The notes beneath the pieces were generated by a model that saw nothing but the letters and a program-made list of their open reading frames with translations, did not search any database and was not told the DNA's origin. The position numbers and the translations under genes are program-made. Positions 39,083-48,068 of a stretch of 64,000 bases of DNA are shown piece after piece. How positions within the stretch are numbered: the first letter of the stretch is position 1; every line of letters begins with the position of its first letter. Origin of the DNA: Lachnospiraceae bacterium (GTDB taxonomy: Bacteria; Bacillota; Clostridia; Lachnospirales; Lachnospiraceae); assembly GCA_022763925.1 (NCBI GenBank), contig JALERW010000036.1, positions 3,779 through 67,778 on the forward strand, read 5' to 3'.

Positions 39083-39670
39083 ATGGCAGACAATGTTTAC
39101 TATGATCCCTGGTCGAACACAAAGACCAAAAATGGTCTGGATGCAGACCTGGTAATCTCTGCGCTGCAGAAATGTATCCGCAGAGGTGAAGAGGAGCTGG
39201 CGCTACGTATGGCTTATGAGCTGTATATTACATCCACCTTCCATGAGGAGAAGATGTGGAACCGCCTTCTTGTGATTTCCGTGGAGGATATCGGCTTCGG
39301 AAATACAGAGGCTCCGGTGTTTGTAAAGACCATGAATGATCTGAGAAAGGAATTCGCATATGGCGACGGAGACCGTCCGATTTTCTTCATGCATGCAATC
39401 CGCTATCTGTGCAAATGCAAGAAGGAACGTTCTACCGACCATATTAAAAATATTATTATGAAGGAGTTTGAGCAGGGCTATGTTCCTGAAATTCCGGATT
39501 ACGCAGTGGATATGCATACCATCAAGGGAAGAGCCATGGGCAGAGATGTCTTTTATTTCCTGAACGAGGCGAGCAAGGTAGAACCGCTGTGGGAGGGCTA
39601 TGACGATTCCTATCGTCAGACTCTGTACAAAATGTGCGAAGAAGAAGCAAAGAAAAAAGAAGAAAAGTAA
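39083..39670 (+). CDS. stand-alone MgsA/RarA C-terminal-like protein with no AAA+ domain
   Basis: ISALQKCIRRG and RLLVISVEDIG resemble the MgsA ISA..KS.RGS and RL...A.EDIG motifs; no Walker A; GAGGAGG RBS. Confidence 0.7.
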   Translation: MADNVYYDPWSNTKTKNGLDADLVISALQKCIRRGEEELALRMAYELYITSTFHEEKMWNRLLVISVEDIGFGNTEAPVFVKTMNDLRKEFAYGDGDRPIFFMHAIRYLCKCKKERSTDHIKNIIMKEFEQGYVPEIPDYAVDMHTIKGRAMGRDVFYFLNEASKVEPLWEGYDDSYRQTLYKMCEEEAKKKEEK

Positions 39671-39685
39671 ACAGGAGGAAGAAAC

Positions 39686-40855
39686 ATGAAAAAGTTACTG
39701 GCATTATTACTGACCGGTGCACTGGCAGTAGGCATGCTTGCCGGCTGCGGATCTTCTGACAGCAGCACAGAGAAAAAGGACGATGCTACGGCAGAGGAGA
39801 CAACGGAAGAGGCAGAAGACGGCGAAGAGGCTTCCGGCGAAAAGGCTGAGATCTATGTATTCATTAAGAACAGAGGAGATCTTTCCTACTGGGACAGCAT
39901 GGCAGAGGGCGGCGACAGAGCCAAAGCTGACATGGCAGACAAGGCAAATATCTATGTGATTGAGACCACCGAAGACCTTCAGGCAAACCTGACAGCTATG
40001 TACGAGGCAGCAGATGCAGGCGCAGATCTGATCATCACGGCTTCCGATTTTAAGGATAATCTTGTGGAGATCGCCAATGAGTATCCGGATCTCGGAACAG
40101 TTATCATCAGTGAGAATGTGATTGACCAGGCAGAGAACGGCAATATGTATGGTATTGATTTCTCCGTATCTGAGGCAGCATTCCTTGCAGGTATTGCAGC
40201 AGCTGATGTTGCTTCCCAGGGACTTGACGGAACAAGCGCAGGCAAGACGGTTGGCTTTATCGGCGGTATGGATGAAACCGTTGTGATCCAGGAGTTCTTC
40301 CTTGGGTACATTCAGGGTGCAAAATACTATGATCCTGAGACCAAGATCGTTTACAACTATGTAGGTGCATGGAATGACCCGGATACAGCAAGAACCCAGG
40401 CTCTGACCCAGTACAATGACGCTCAGGCAGATGCGATCTTTGCATGTGCAGGCGGATCCGGAAACGGTGTTCACAGCGCAGCAGCAGAGGCCGGCAAATA
40501 TGTCATCGGTGTGGATTCTGACCAGTCTCTGATGTATGAAGAGGACAAGGATATCCAGAGCAGATTCATCACTTCTGTTATCAAAGAGGGCGGAAATGCC
40601 ATCTATGCAACAATCGAGAAGTATCTGGCAGAAGGAACCTTACCTTACGGAGAGTATGAGATCATGGGTGTTGCTGATGAAGCAGCAGGTATCGTAGAAA
40701 ATGATCTGTTCAATTCTCTTGTATCGGATCACGGCAAGGAAGTGATCGCACAGGCCAAGTCTGACATTGCAGACGGAACTGTTGAGGTTGTAGGCGCAAT
40801 CGGAAAAGAGCAGGATGAAATCAAGTCTCTGATCGACGAGTACATTAATCAGTAA
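39686..40855 (+). CDS. BMP family nucleoside-binding lipoprotein
   Basis: lipobox LAGC, GDLSYWD, AAFLAGIAAA, GFIGG, IGVDSDQ. Confidence 0.92.
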   Translation: MKKLLALLLTGALAVGMLAGCGSSDSSTEKKDDATAEETTEEAEDGEEASGEKAEIYVFIKNRGDLSYWDSMAEGGDRAKADMADKANIYVIETTEDLQANLTAMYEAADAGADLIITASDFKDNLVEIANEYPDLGTVIISENVIDQAENGNMYGIDFSVSEAAFLAGIAAADVASQGLDGTSAGKTVGFIGGMDETVVIQEFFLGYIQGAKYYDPETKIVYNYVGAWNDPDTARTQALTQYNDAQADAIFACAGGSGNGVHSAAAEAGKYVIGVDSDQSLMYEEDKDIQSRFITSVIKEGGNAIYATIEKYLAEGTLPYGEYEIMGVADEAAGIVENDLFNSLVSDHGKEVIAQAKSDIADGTVEVVGAIGKEQDEIKSLIDEYINQ

Positions 40856-40857
40856 TT

Positions 40858-40886
40858 GCATATCGAAAATCCCCCCTGCATATACT
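40858..40886 (+). promoter_or_regulatory. sigmaE-type promoter of spoIVA
   Basis: GCATATC-14 nt-CATATACT matches the sigmaE consensus; spoIVA is a known sigmaE target. Confidence 0.7.
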
Positions 40887-40914
40887 TTACCAGTATAAAC
40901 AAGGGGGATTTTTT

Positions 40915-42387
40915 ATGGAAAAATTCAATGTATATAAAGATATACAAGCCCGGACGAAAGGAGAAATCTATATCGGCGTGGTGGGACCGGTACGTACGGG
41001 AAAATCCACGTTCATCAAGCGGTTCATGGATCTGTGTGTTCTGCCGCAGATGGAGGATGAGAATGTGCGGATGCGTACCCGGGATGAGCTTCCCCAGAGT
41101 GCGGCGGGGAAAACGATCATGACTACGGAACCGAAATTTATTCCCAAGGAGGCGGCTGCCATTACACTCGGTGACGGGATCGAGGTGAAAGTGCGCCTGA
41201 TCGACTGTGTGGGTTTTATGGCAGACGGGGCGGCAGGCCACATCGAGGATGGTGGGGAGCGGATGGTGAAGACCCCATGGTTTGATCATGTGATCCCCTT
41301 TGCCCAGGCAGCGGAAATCGGGACGCAGAAGGTGATAGCAGATCATTCCACCATAGGCATTGCGGTGACCTGTGACGGTTCCTTCGGGGAGCTCCCGAGA
41401 GAAGCCTTTGTGTCAGCGGAGGAAAAAACAGTAGGAGAGCTGAAAAAGCTGGGAAAGCCCTTTGTACTTCTGGTTAATTCCGAAAAGCCGTACAGTGAGG
41501 AAGCACTGGAGCTGACCAGAAGACTGGAGGAAAAATACCAGGTAACATCGGTATGTATGAACTGCGAACAGATGCGGAAGGATGATATATACCGGCTGCT
41601 GGAGCATGTGCTTTATGAGTTTCCGGTGAAACAGCTGGAATTTTACATACCAAAATGGGTGGAGATGCTGGAGGATACCCATGAGATCAAGCAGGATCTG
41701 ATCCGCAATGTCCGGGCATATATGGAACGGATCGAAAAGGTAAAGGATGTAAAGAACCTGGACTTTTCTCCCGAGAGCAGCTATATCCGGAATATGAAGC
41801 AGGATACGATGGATATGGCATCCGGAACATTGAAAATTCAGGTGGATTTTGATCCGGCCTTTTATTACCAGACATTAAGTGAACTGACAGGAATTGTGAT
41901 TAAGGGAGAATACCAGCTGATTGCAGCTGTCCGGGAGATGGCACAGATGAAGAGGGAATATGAGCAGGTCCTGGATGCTCTGCAGTCCGTCCGGATGAAG
42001 GGATATGGAGTCGTGCTTCCGGCAAGAGGGGAAATTCATCTGGATGATCCCGTGGTGATCAAGCAGGGGAGCAAATTCGGAGTGAAGATTCGTTCGGAGG
42101 CACCGTCCATTCATATGATCCGTGCCAATATCGAGACGGAGATTGCTCCTATTGTCGGGAACGAACAGCAGGCCAATGACCTGATCAGCTACATTAAGGA
42201 GGGTCAGAAGACAGAGGACGGAATCTGGAACACAAACATTTTCGGGAAATCCGTGGAACAGCTTGTGGAGGACGGGATCAGAAGTAAACTGCTTCAGATC
42301 GGAGATGAAAGTCAGGAAAAGCTTCAGGATACCATGCAGAAAATCGTCAATGATTCCAGCGGAGGCATGGTGTGCATCATTATTTAG
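40915..42387 (+). CDS. spoIVA: stage IV sporulation protein A
   Basis: YIGVVGPVRTGKSTFIKRF, DELPQS, MTTEPKF, C-terminal GGMVCIII. Confidence 0.97.
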   Translation: MEKFNVYKDIQARTKGEIYIGVVGPVRTGKSTFIKRFMDLCVLPQMEDENVRMRTRDELPQSAAGKTIMTTEPKFIPKEAAAITLGDGIEVKVRLIDCVGFMADGAAGHIEDGGERMVKTPWFDHVIPFAQAAEIGTQKVIADHSTIGIAVTCDGSFGELPREAFVSAEEKTVGELKKLGKPFVLLVNSEKPYSEEALELTRRLEEKYQVTSVCMNCEQMRKDDIYRLLEHVLYEFPVKQLEFYIPKWVEMLEDTHEIKQDLIRNVRAYMERIEKVKDVKNLDFSPESSYIRNMKQDTMDMASGTLKIQVDFDPAFYYQTLSELTGIVIKGEYQLIAAVREMAQMKREYEQVLDALQSVRMKGYGVVLPARGEIHLDDPVVIKQGSKFGVKIRSEAPSIHMIRANIETEIAPIVGNEQQANDLISYIKEGQKTEDGIWNTNIFGKSVEQLVEDGIRSKLLQIGDESQEKLQDTMQKIVNDSSGGMVCIII

Positions 42388-42422
42388 TCAGAAATAATAC
42401 TAAAGGCAAGGAGGAACATGGA

Positions 42423-43559
42423 ATGAAAAAAGCGGTGCTGATTCCGGATTCCTTTAAAGGGACATTAAGCTCATCGCAGATCTGCAGTATTCTGTCGGGT
42501 AAAATCCTGCAGTATTATCCGGAGTGTCAGGTGATTTCAATTCCGGTAGCAGACGGCGGTGAGGGCAGTGTGGACTGCTTCCTTACGGCACTGGGAGGAG
42601 AAAAGGTTAGGGAGACGGTTAAAAATCCATACCTGGAAGACATGGAAGCTTTCTATGGAAAACTGGACGGGGGACGTACCGGTGTGATTGAGATGGCAAG
42701 CTGTGCAGGACTTCCCCTGGTGGAGAATCGAAAAGATCCGGGAAAAACGTCCACCTACGGTGTGGGACAGCTGATCCTTGCGGCTGCCAGATCAGGCTGT
42801 GAAAAGCTTGTGGTTGGTCTGGGAGGCTCCTGCACCAATGATGTGGGCTGCGGAGCGGCGGCAGCAGTCGGGATCCGTTTTTATAATAAAAAAGGAGAAG
42901 CCTTCATTCCCACCGGAGGAACCCTGAAGGATGTGGAACGGATCGATGCTTCCGATCTTGCTCCGGAGCTTCGATGCGTGGAGATTGTGACCATGTGTGA
43001 TATTGATAATCCCATGTATGGCCCGACGGGTGCTGCTCATATCTTCGGCCCTCAGAAGGGCGCAGACCCTCAGATGGTGGAAGAACTGGATGAGGGTGTA
43101 AAGCATTTAAGCCGGGTGATTGAACGGGATCTTGGCATTTTTGTTGCGGATGTACCGGGAGCCGGTGCTGCCGGAGCCATGGGCGCAGGAATGATTGCTT
43201 TCTTTCATTCCCGCCTGCAGATGGGAATTGAGACGGTGCTGGATACGGTGCGTTTTGACGAGATCATTTCCGATGCGGACATGATCTTTACCGGGGAAGG
43301 AAAAATTGATACCCAGTCTCTGCGGGGCAAGGTGGTCATCGGAGTTGGAAAGCGTGCAAAGAAACAGAAGGTGCCGGTAACTGTCATTGTGGGAGGAGCG
43401 GAGCCGGATATCGATGCGGCCTATGATATGGGAGTGACGGCGATCTTTCCGATCAACCGGCTTCCTTTGGATTTTTCCGTCAGTAGGCAGTACAGTGAGC
43501 AGAATATGACGCTTACTGCGGACAATATTCTCCGCCTGATGAGGTGTATGGAGAAATAA
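42423..43559 (+). CDS. glxK: glycerate kinase
   Basis: PDSFKGTL, VADGGEG, GLGGSCTND, FGPQKGA, TGEG.ID.QS..GK. Confidence 0.93.
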   Translation: MKKAVLIPDSFKGTLSSSQICSILSGKILQYYPECQVISIPVADGGEGSVDCFLTALGGEKVRETVKNPYLEDMEAFYGKLDGGRTGVIEMASCAGLPLVENRKDPGKTSTYGVGQLILAAARSGCEKLVVGLGGSCTNDVGCGAAAAVGIRFYNKKGEAFIPTGGTLKDVERIDASDLAPELRCVEIVTMCDIDNPMYGPTGAAHIFGPQKGADPQMVEELDEGVKHLSRVIERDLGIFVADVPGAGAAGAMGAGMIAFFHSRLQMGIETVLDTVRFDEIISDADMIFTGEGKIDTQSLRGKVVIGVGKRAKKQKVPVTVIVGGAEPDIDAAYDMGVTAIFPINRLPLDFSVSRQYSEQNMTLTADNILRLMRCMEK

Positions 43560-43576
43560 TTATTAGCGAATCAGGT

Positions 43577-43610
43577 AAAAGAACGCAGGCATCCGTCTGC
43601 GTTCTTTTTT
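43577..43610 (+). terminator. intrinsic terminator after glxK
   Basis: AAAAGAACGCAG / CTGCGTTCTTTT stem followed by a T run. Confidence 0.8.
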
Positions 43611-43624
43611 GTGAAACTTAACGG

Positions 43625-43653
43625 TTGCCAAACAGTCTCAGATTTTTTACAAT
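43625..43653 (+). promoter_or_regulatory. putative sigmaA promoter of punA
   Basis: TTGCCA-17 nt-TACAAT. Confidence 0.6.
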
Positions 43654-43702
43654 GAAGCTATGAAGCATCGAGAGAATACATGCGAAAAAGGAGAGGATCA
43701 GG

Positions 43703-44542
43703 ATGAATCCCGTATATGACAAATTAAAGAAATGCTATGAACAGGTAAAGAAGAAAACGGACTTTCAGCCGAAGCTTGCCCTTGTTCTGGGCTCCGGCCT
43801 GGGAGATTTTGCAGATGGCATCCGGGTGGAGGAGACACTGGATTATAAGGATATTGAGGGCTTTCCGATATCGACGATCCCAGGACATAAGGGAAGGTTC
43901 ATTTTCGGCTATGTCCGTGAGGTCCCGGTAGTTATCATGCAGGGAAGAGTGCATTATTATGAAGGCTACGATATTACAGATGTGGTGCTTCCGATACGTC
44001 TGATGAAGCTTATGGGGGCAGAGAACCTGTTCCTTACCAATGCCGCTGGAGGCATGAATTTTGATTTCAGGCCAGGAGACCTGATGATGATCACGGATCA
44101 TATTGCTCAGTTTGTACCGTCCCCGCTGATCGGGCCGAATCTTCAGGAGCTTGGACCCAGGTTCTGTGATATGAGCCATGTATATGATACGGATCTGCAG
44201 GAAGCGATAAGGAAAGCAGCAGGAACGCTGAATATTCCCCTGAAGGAGGGTGTTTATGTTCAGCTGACCGGCCCGGCATACGAGACTCCCGCGGAGATTC
44301 GCATGTGCCGTCTGCTCGGTGGGGATGCGATCGGAATGAGTACTGCCTGTGAGGCGGTGGCGGCAAATCATATGGGAATGAAAATCTGCGGTATTTCCTG
44401 TATTACAAATCTGGCCAGCGGAATGACCGATGCGCCCCTGTCCCATAAAGAAGTGCAGGAGACTGCCGATCGGATCAGCAGGCAGTTTAAGCTTCTGGTG
44501 GAAGAGAGCATTGTTCAGATCGCAGAGGGACTGATAAAATAG
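43703..44542 (+). CDS. punA: purine-nucleoside phosphorylase (trimeric type)
   Basis: LGSGLG, QGRVHYYEGY, TNAAGG, GPAYETPAE, GMST. Confidence 0.94.
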   Translation: MNPVYDKLKKCYEQVKKKTDFQPKLALVLGSGLGDFADGIRVEETLDYKDIEGFPISTIPGHKGRFIFGYVREVPVVIMQGRVHYYEGYDITDVVLPIRLMKLMGAENLFLTNAAGGMNFDFRPGDLMMITDHIAQFVPSPLIGPNLQELGPRFCDMSHVYDTDLQEAIRKAAGTLNIPLKEGVYVQLTGPAYETPAEIRMCRLLGGDAIGMSTACEAVAANHMGMKICGISCITNLASGMTDAPLSHKEVQETADRISRQFKLLVEESIVQIAEGLIK

Positions 44543-44567
44543 TTTGATTTTAAACGGCATTCCGGTA

Positions 44568-44596
44568 TTTACATATGGAGCAAATGCTGATACACT
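44568..44596 (+). promoter_or_regulatory. putative sigmaA promoter of mscL
   Basis: TTTACA-17 nt-TACACT with TG extended -10. Confidence 0.55.
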
Positions 44597-44677
44597 ACAA
44601 GAAGAAGGTGTTTAAGAAAAGCACCTGCGGATCCGGGTTTACGGAAAACGATGATAACAAATGAGGAGGAGTGTCCT

Positions 44678-45142
44678 ATGCTTAAGGAATTTAAAGAATT
44701 TGCCGTGAAAGGAAATATGATCGACATGGCAGTCGGTATTATCATCGGCGGCGCTTTTAATTCACTGGTCAGCACACTGGTGAACGATGTGATTATGCCG
44801 CTGCTGTCCATCCTGACCGGAAAAATTGATTTTTCCAATATCTTTATTGCCATGGACGGAAATAAATATGCAGCGCTGTCGGCTGTGCCGGAGGGCGTGG
44901 CGGTTGTAAAGATCGGAGCCTTTATTTCAGGAGTCCTGAATTTCATTATCATGGCCTTTGTTGTGTTCCTGATCGTGAAATTTATCAATCGCCTGAGAAC
45001 AGAAAAAGAGGAGCCTGCAAAAGAAGCACCGGCACCTACGACAAAGAAATGCCCGTACTGTATGACACAGATTGCCATTGAGGCGACCAGATGTCCGCAT
45101 TGTACGTCAGTTCTGGAAGCGGAAGAGAACAAGGCATCATAA
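44678..45142 (+). CDS. mscL: large-conductance mechanosensitive channel with C-terminal Zn ribbon
   Basis: LKEFKEFAVKGNMIDMAVGIIIG; CPYC...CPHC tail. Confidence 0.95.
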   Translation: MLKEFKEFAVKGNMIDMAVGIIIGGAFNSLVSTLVNDVIMPLLSILTGKIDFSNIFIAMDGNKYAALSAVPEGVAVVKIGAFISGVLNFIIMAFVVFLIVKFINRLRTEKEEPAKEAPAPTTKKCPYCMTQIAIEATRCPHCTSVLEAEENKAS

Positions 45143-45173
45143 GCAGAGCGCTTCTGATGAATCAGCAGAAGAA

Positions 45174-45228
45174 AGCCGGAATCCCCAGGGGTACCTTTTA
45201 AGGAGCCGCCAGGATTCCGGCTCTTTTG
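45174..45228 (+). terminator. terminator after mscL
   Basis: AGCCGGAATCC...GGATTCCGGCT followed by CTTTT. Confidence 0.65.
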
Positions 45229-45263
45229 TTTCCGGGATGTCACCCCGGAAGAGGAATAGGAAC

Positions 45264-45292
45264 TGGACAAACAGAGGGGCTGGTTGTATGAT
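45264..45292 (+). promoter_or_regulatory. putative sigmaA promoter of the cbi/hem/cob cluster
   Basis: TGGACA-17 nt-TATGAT, about 45 nt before the cbiL start. Confidence 0.6.
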
Positions 45293-45336
45293 GAAAAGGC
45301 ATAAGAAGTTGGTTCGGGCAGATGCAGGAGGAAGTT

Positions 45337-46059
45337 ATGGCCGGAATATTTTACGGAGTGGGAGTCGGACCCGGTGATCCCGGGCTCCTTACGCTGAAAG
45401 CAAAGCAGATACTGGAGGAGGCGGATGTGATTGCCGTTCCGGTAAAAAAGCCGGGGGAGAAAAGCACGGCGTTTGAGATCATAAGGCAGGTCGTTGAGAC
45501 GGAAGGAAAAGAAATACTGGAAACGGTATTTTATATGACAGCTGATCCGTCGGTATGGCGTTCCTGTGCGAAAGAGGCGGCAGCTTTGGTGGAAGCGCGC
45601 CTGAAGAAGGAAAAGAAGGTGGTGCTGATTACCCTTGGAGATGTAACGGTATACAGTACCTGTATGTATGTGCAGCAGTATGTGGCTGCAAAGGGATATC
45701 GGACAGAATTAATCCCAGGTATTTCTTCCTATTCGGCGGGCGCAGCCTGCGCAGGTATTGCTCTTGCGGAAGGGAAAGAGACACTGGCCGTGGTTCCGGC
45801 GTTGAAGAACCCGGAGCAGCTTGGGACAGTGCTGGAGCTGTTTGATAATGTGATTCTTATGAAGGCATCAAAGAGTATCCGCTGGCTTGGGGAATATATG
45901 AGACAGGAGAAGATACCGAGGACCAATGCGGTTGTACTTTGCTGTGTGGGGCTTCCCGGGGAATATATCGGTCCGCTCGATGAGAGCAGGGAGTATGGGT
46001 ATTTTACGACGGTTATTGTAAAAAAGGGCACGGGAGGCCTTAAAGAAGAACAGGAATGA
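45337..46059 (+). CDS. cbiL: cobalt-precorrin-2 C20-methyltransferase
   Basis: FYGVGVGPGDPGLLTLKA, TLGDVTVYST, IPGISS. Confidence 0.9.
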   Translation: MAGIFYGVGVGPGDPGLLTLKAKQILEEADVIAVPVKKPGEKSTAFEIIRQVVETEGKEILETVFYMTADPSVWRSCAKEAAALVEARLKKEKKVVLITLGDVTVYSTCMYVQQYVAAKGYRTELIPGISSYSAGAACAGIALAEGKETLAVVPALKNPEQLGTVLELFDNVILMKASKSIRWLGEYMRQEKIPRTNAVVLCCVGLPGEYIGPLDESREYGYFTTVIVKKGTGGLKEEQE

Positions 46060-46113
46060 CAGAAGCAGAGGAAGAAGTATCTGAAGAGAAACATAAAGAG
46101 AGGCAACGGCAGT

Positions 46114-46878
46114 ATGGTATATTTTATTGGAGCAGGACCGGGGGATCCGGAGCTTATGACAATCAAGGGAAAGCGGATCATAGAACAGGCGGATGTGATC
46201 ATTTACGCCGGCTCGCTTGTGAATCCAGAGGTGCTTTCGGGACATAAGGAAGGGGCAAGGATTTATAACAGTGCAGGAATGCATCTGGAGGAAGTTCTGG
46301 AGGTGATGCAGGAGGCACACCGGTGTCATCAGATGACTGCCAGGGTGCATACCGGGGATCCGTCTATTTTCGGAGCACACCGGGAGCAGATGGACCGGCT
46401 GGATGCGCTGGGAATTCCTTATGAGGTGATTCCGGGTGTCAGCTCCTTTTTAAGTGCGGCAGCGGAACTGAAGCGGGAATATACCCTTCCGGGAGTGAGC
46501 CAGACGGTGATTCTTACGAGAATGGAGGGGAGAACCGGTGTCCCGGAGCGGGAGAGCATCGAACGGCTGGCCGAGCATCGGGCAACGATGGTGGTTTTCC
46601 TGAGTGTCGGAAAGGTCCGGGAGCTGTGCAGAAAAATGATCCCGGCTTACGGAAAGGATACGCCTGCTGCAGTGGTTTATAAGGCTTCCTGGGAGGATCA
46701 GAGGATCCTGAGGGGAACGCTGGAAACCCTTCCGGCGCTTGTAGAGGCTTCCGGGATTCGAAAGACGGCCCTGACCCTTGTGGGAGAATTCCTGGGGGAT
46801 GATTATGAGTTATCCAGGCTGTATGACCGGACCTTTACTCATGAATACCGGAAGGGAAGCGGGGAGGATCTGGCATGA
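46114..46878 (+). CDS. cbiF: cobalt-precorrin-4 C11-methyltransferase
   Basis: VYFIGAGPGDPEL, IYAGSLV, HTGDPSIFG, SQTVILTR. Confidence 0.94.
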   Translation: MVYFIGAGPGDPELMTIKGKRIIEQADVIIYAGSLVNPEVLSGHKEGARIYNSAGMHLEEVLEVMQEAHRCHQMTARVHTGDPSIFGAHREQMDRLDALGIPYEVIPGVSSFLSAAAELKREYTLPGVSQTVILTRMEGRTGVPERESIERLAEHRATMVVFLSVGKVRELCRKMIPAYGKDTPAAVVYKASWEDQRILRGTLETLPALVEASGIRKTALTLVGEFLGDDYELSRLYDRTFTHEYRKGSGEDLA

Positions 46879-48068
46879 GTATTCTGATGCTTGGAATATC
46901 CCATAAGCATGCGGCGCTGCCGGTGCGGGAAGCCTTTGCTTTCTCAGAAGAAGAGCAGAGGGGGATTCTGGAGGCGCTTAAGGAAAAGCGCATTGCGGAG
47001 GAGGCGGTCCTTCTGTGCACCTGTAACCGCATGGAGCTCTATGTGTATGGGGAAGACTCAGTTACCGAACGGGAGACCTTTCTGAAGCTGAAAAATCTTC
47101 TGCTGTCCCGGGCAAAGGGAGAGGATAAGAAGGCATTGTCCGGATATTTCCGGTTCTATCGCGAGGAAAAGGCGGTGGAGCATCTGTTTTCGGTTGTCTG
47201 CGGGCTGGATTCCATGGTGATCGGCGAAGATCAGATCCTCGGCCAGGTAAAGCAGGCATGGGAATATGCGCATGCAGGAGGTTTCTGCGGAACCTATCTG
47301 GAAGCTTTGTTCCGGTTTGCGGTTACCGCTGCCAAAAAAGTAAAAACAGAAACCGGACTTTCCAGAACACCGGTATCTACGGCGAGTCTTGCGGTTCATG
47401 CGGCCAGGGAGGCTTTCCCGGATCTTCCGGTCCGAAACATTCTGGTGATCGGGGCCAGCGGAAAGATCGGTTCCATTGTGGTAAAGAATCTTCTGTCTGC
47501 CGGCTGTGAACATATTTTTATGACGGTGCGCAGCCATACGGTGCCGGCCCTGGAAGATGAGAAGTGCTGTACCTGTATACCCTATGATGACCGGTATGCA
47601 GTTCTTGAAAAAATGGATGTGATTATCAGCGCCACCTCAAGCCCGCATTTTACTTTGACATCCGGAAAGATGGAAGCCTCCATGAAGGACAGAAGGCGGG
47701 TGCTGGTGGATCTTGCAGTTCCCATGGATGTGGAATTTGACCGGGAGCTGTTCCCGGAGACGCTTTATTATAATATCGATGATTTTACCAGAACAGCCAG
47801 GGAAAATAACAGGAAGAAAGAGAAAGAAGCGTTGGCTGCCGGAACCATTCTGGAGGAGTATGAGCAGGATTTCGGACGCTGGTATGTTTTTCAGAAAAAC
47901 CGTAAGGTAATGGAAGCGGCAAGAGAGGTCTTTTTGGAGGATGTATCCCTGAAGGGACCGGAAAAGGCATTTGACAGGCTGATGTACCGGATCCGCCGGG
48001 AAAACCGGCCGGAGGAGCTGAAGCATTTCTTCGCCTGTATGGAAGAGCTCGGAAAGGAAAAGGAATGA
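46875..48068 (+). CDS. hemA: glutamyl-tRNA reductase
   Basis: GISHK.A, CTCNR.E, GLDSMVIGEDQILGQV, DLAVP. Confidence 0.93.
   Translation: MSILMLGISHKHAALPVREAFAFSEEEQRGILEALKEKRIAEEAVLLCTCNRMELYVYGEDSVTERETFLKLKNLLLSRAKGEDKKALSGYFRFYREEKAVEHLFSVVCGLDSMVIGEDQILGQVKQAWEYAHAGGFCGTYLEALFRFAVTAAKKVKTETGLSRTPVSTASLAVHAAREAFPDLPVRNILVIGASGKIGSIVVKNLLSAGCEHIFMTVRSHTVPALEDEKCCTCIPYDDRYAVLEKMDVIISATSSPHFTLTSGKMEASMKDRRRVLVDLAVPMDVEFDRELFPETLYYNIDDFTRTARENNRKKEKEALAAGTILEEYEQDFGRWYVFQKNRKVMEAAREVFLEDVSLKGPEKAFDRLMYRIRRENRPEELKHFFACMEELGKEKE

Noticed and set aside
45040-45142. zinc-ribbon tail on MscL
   Set aside because: this variant is already familiar in anaerobe MscL proteins
46056-46247. 63-aa + strand ORF starting at the cbiL stop
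   Set aside because: overlaps cbiF out of frame; cbiF has its own ATG at 46114 with the typical N-terminus
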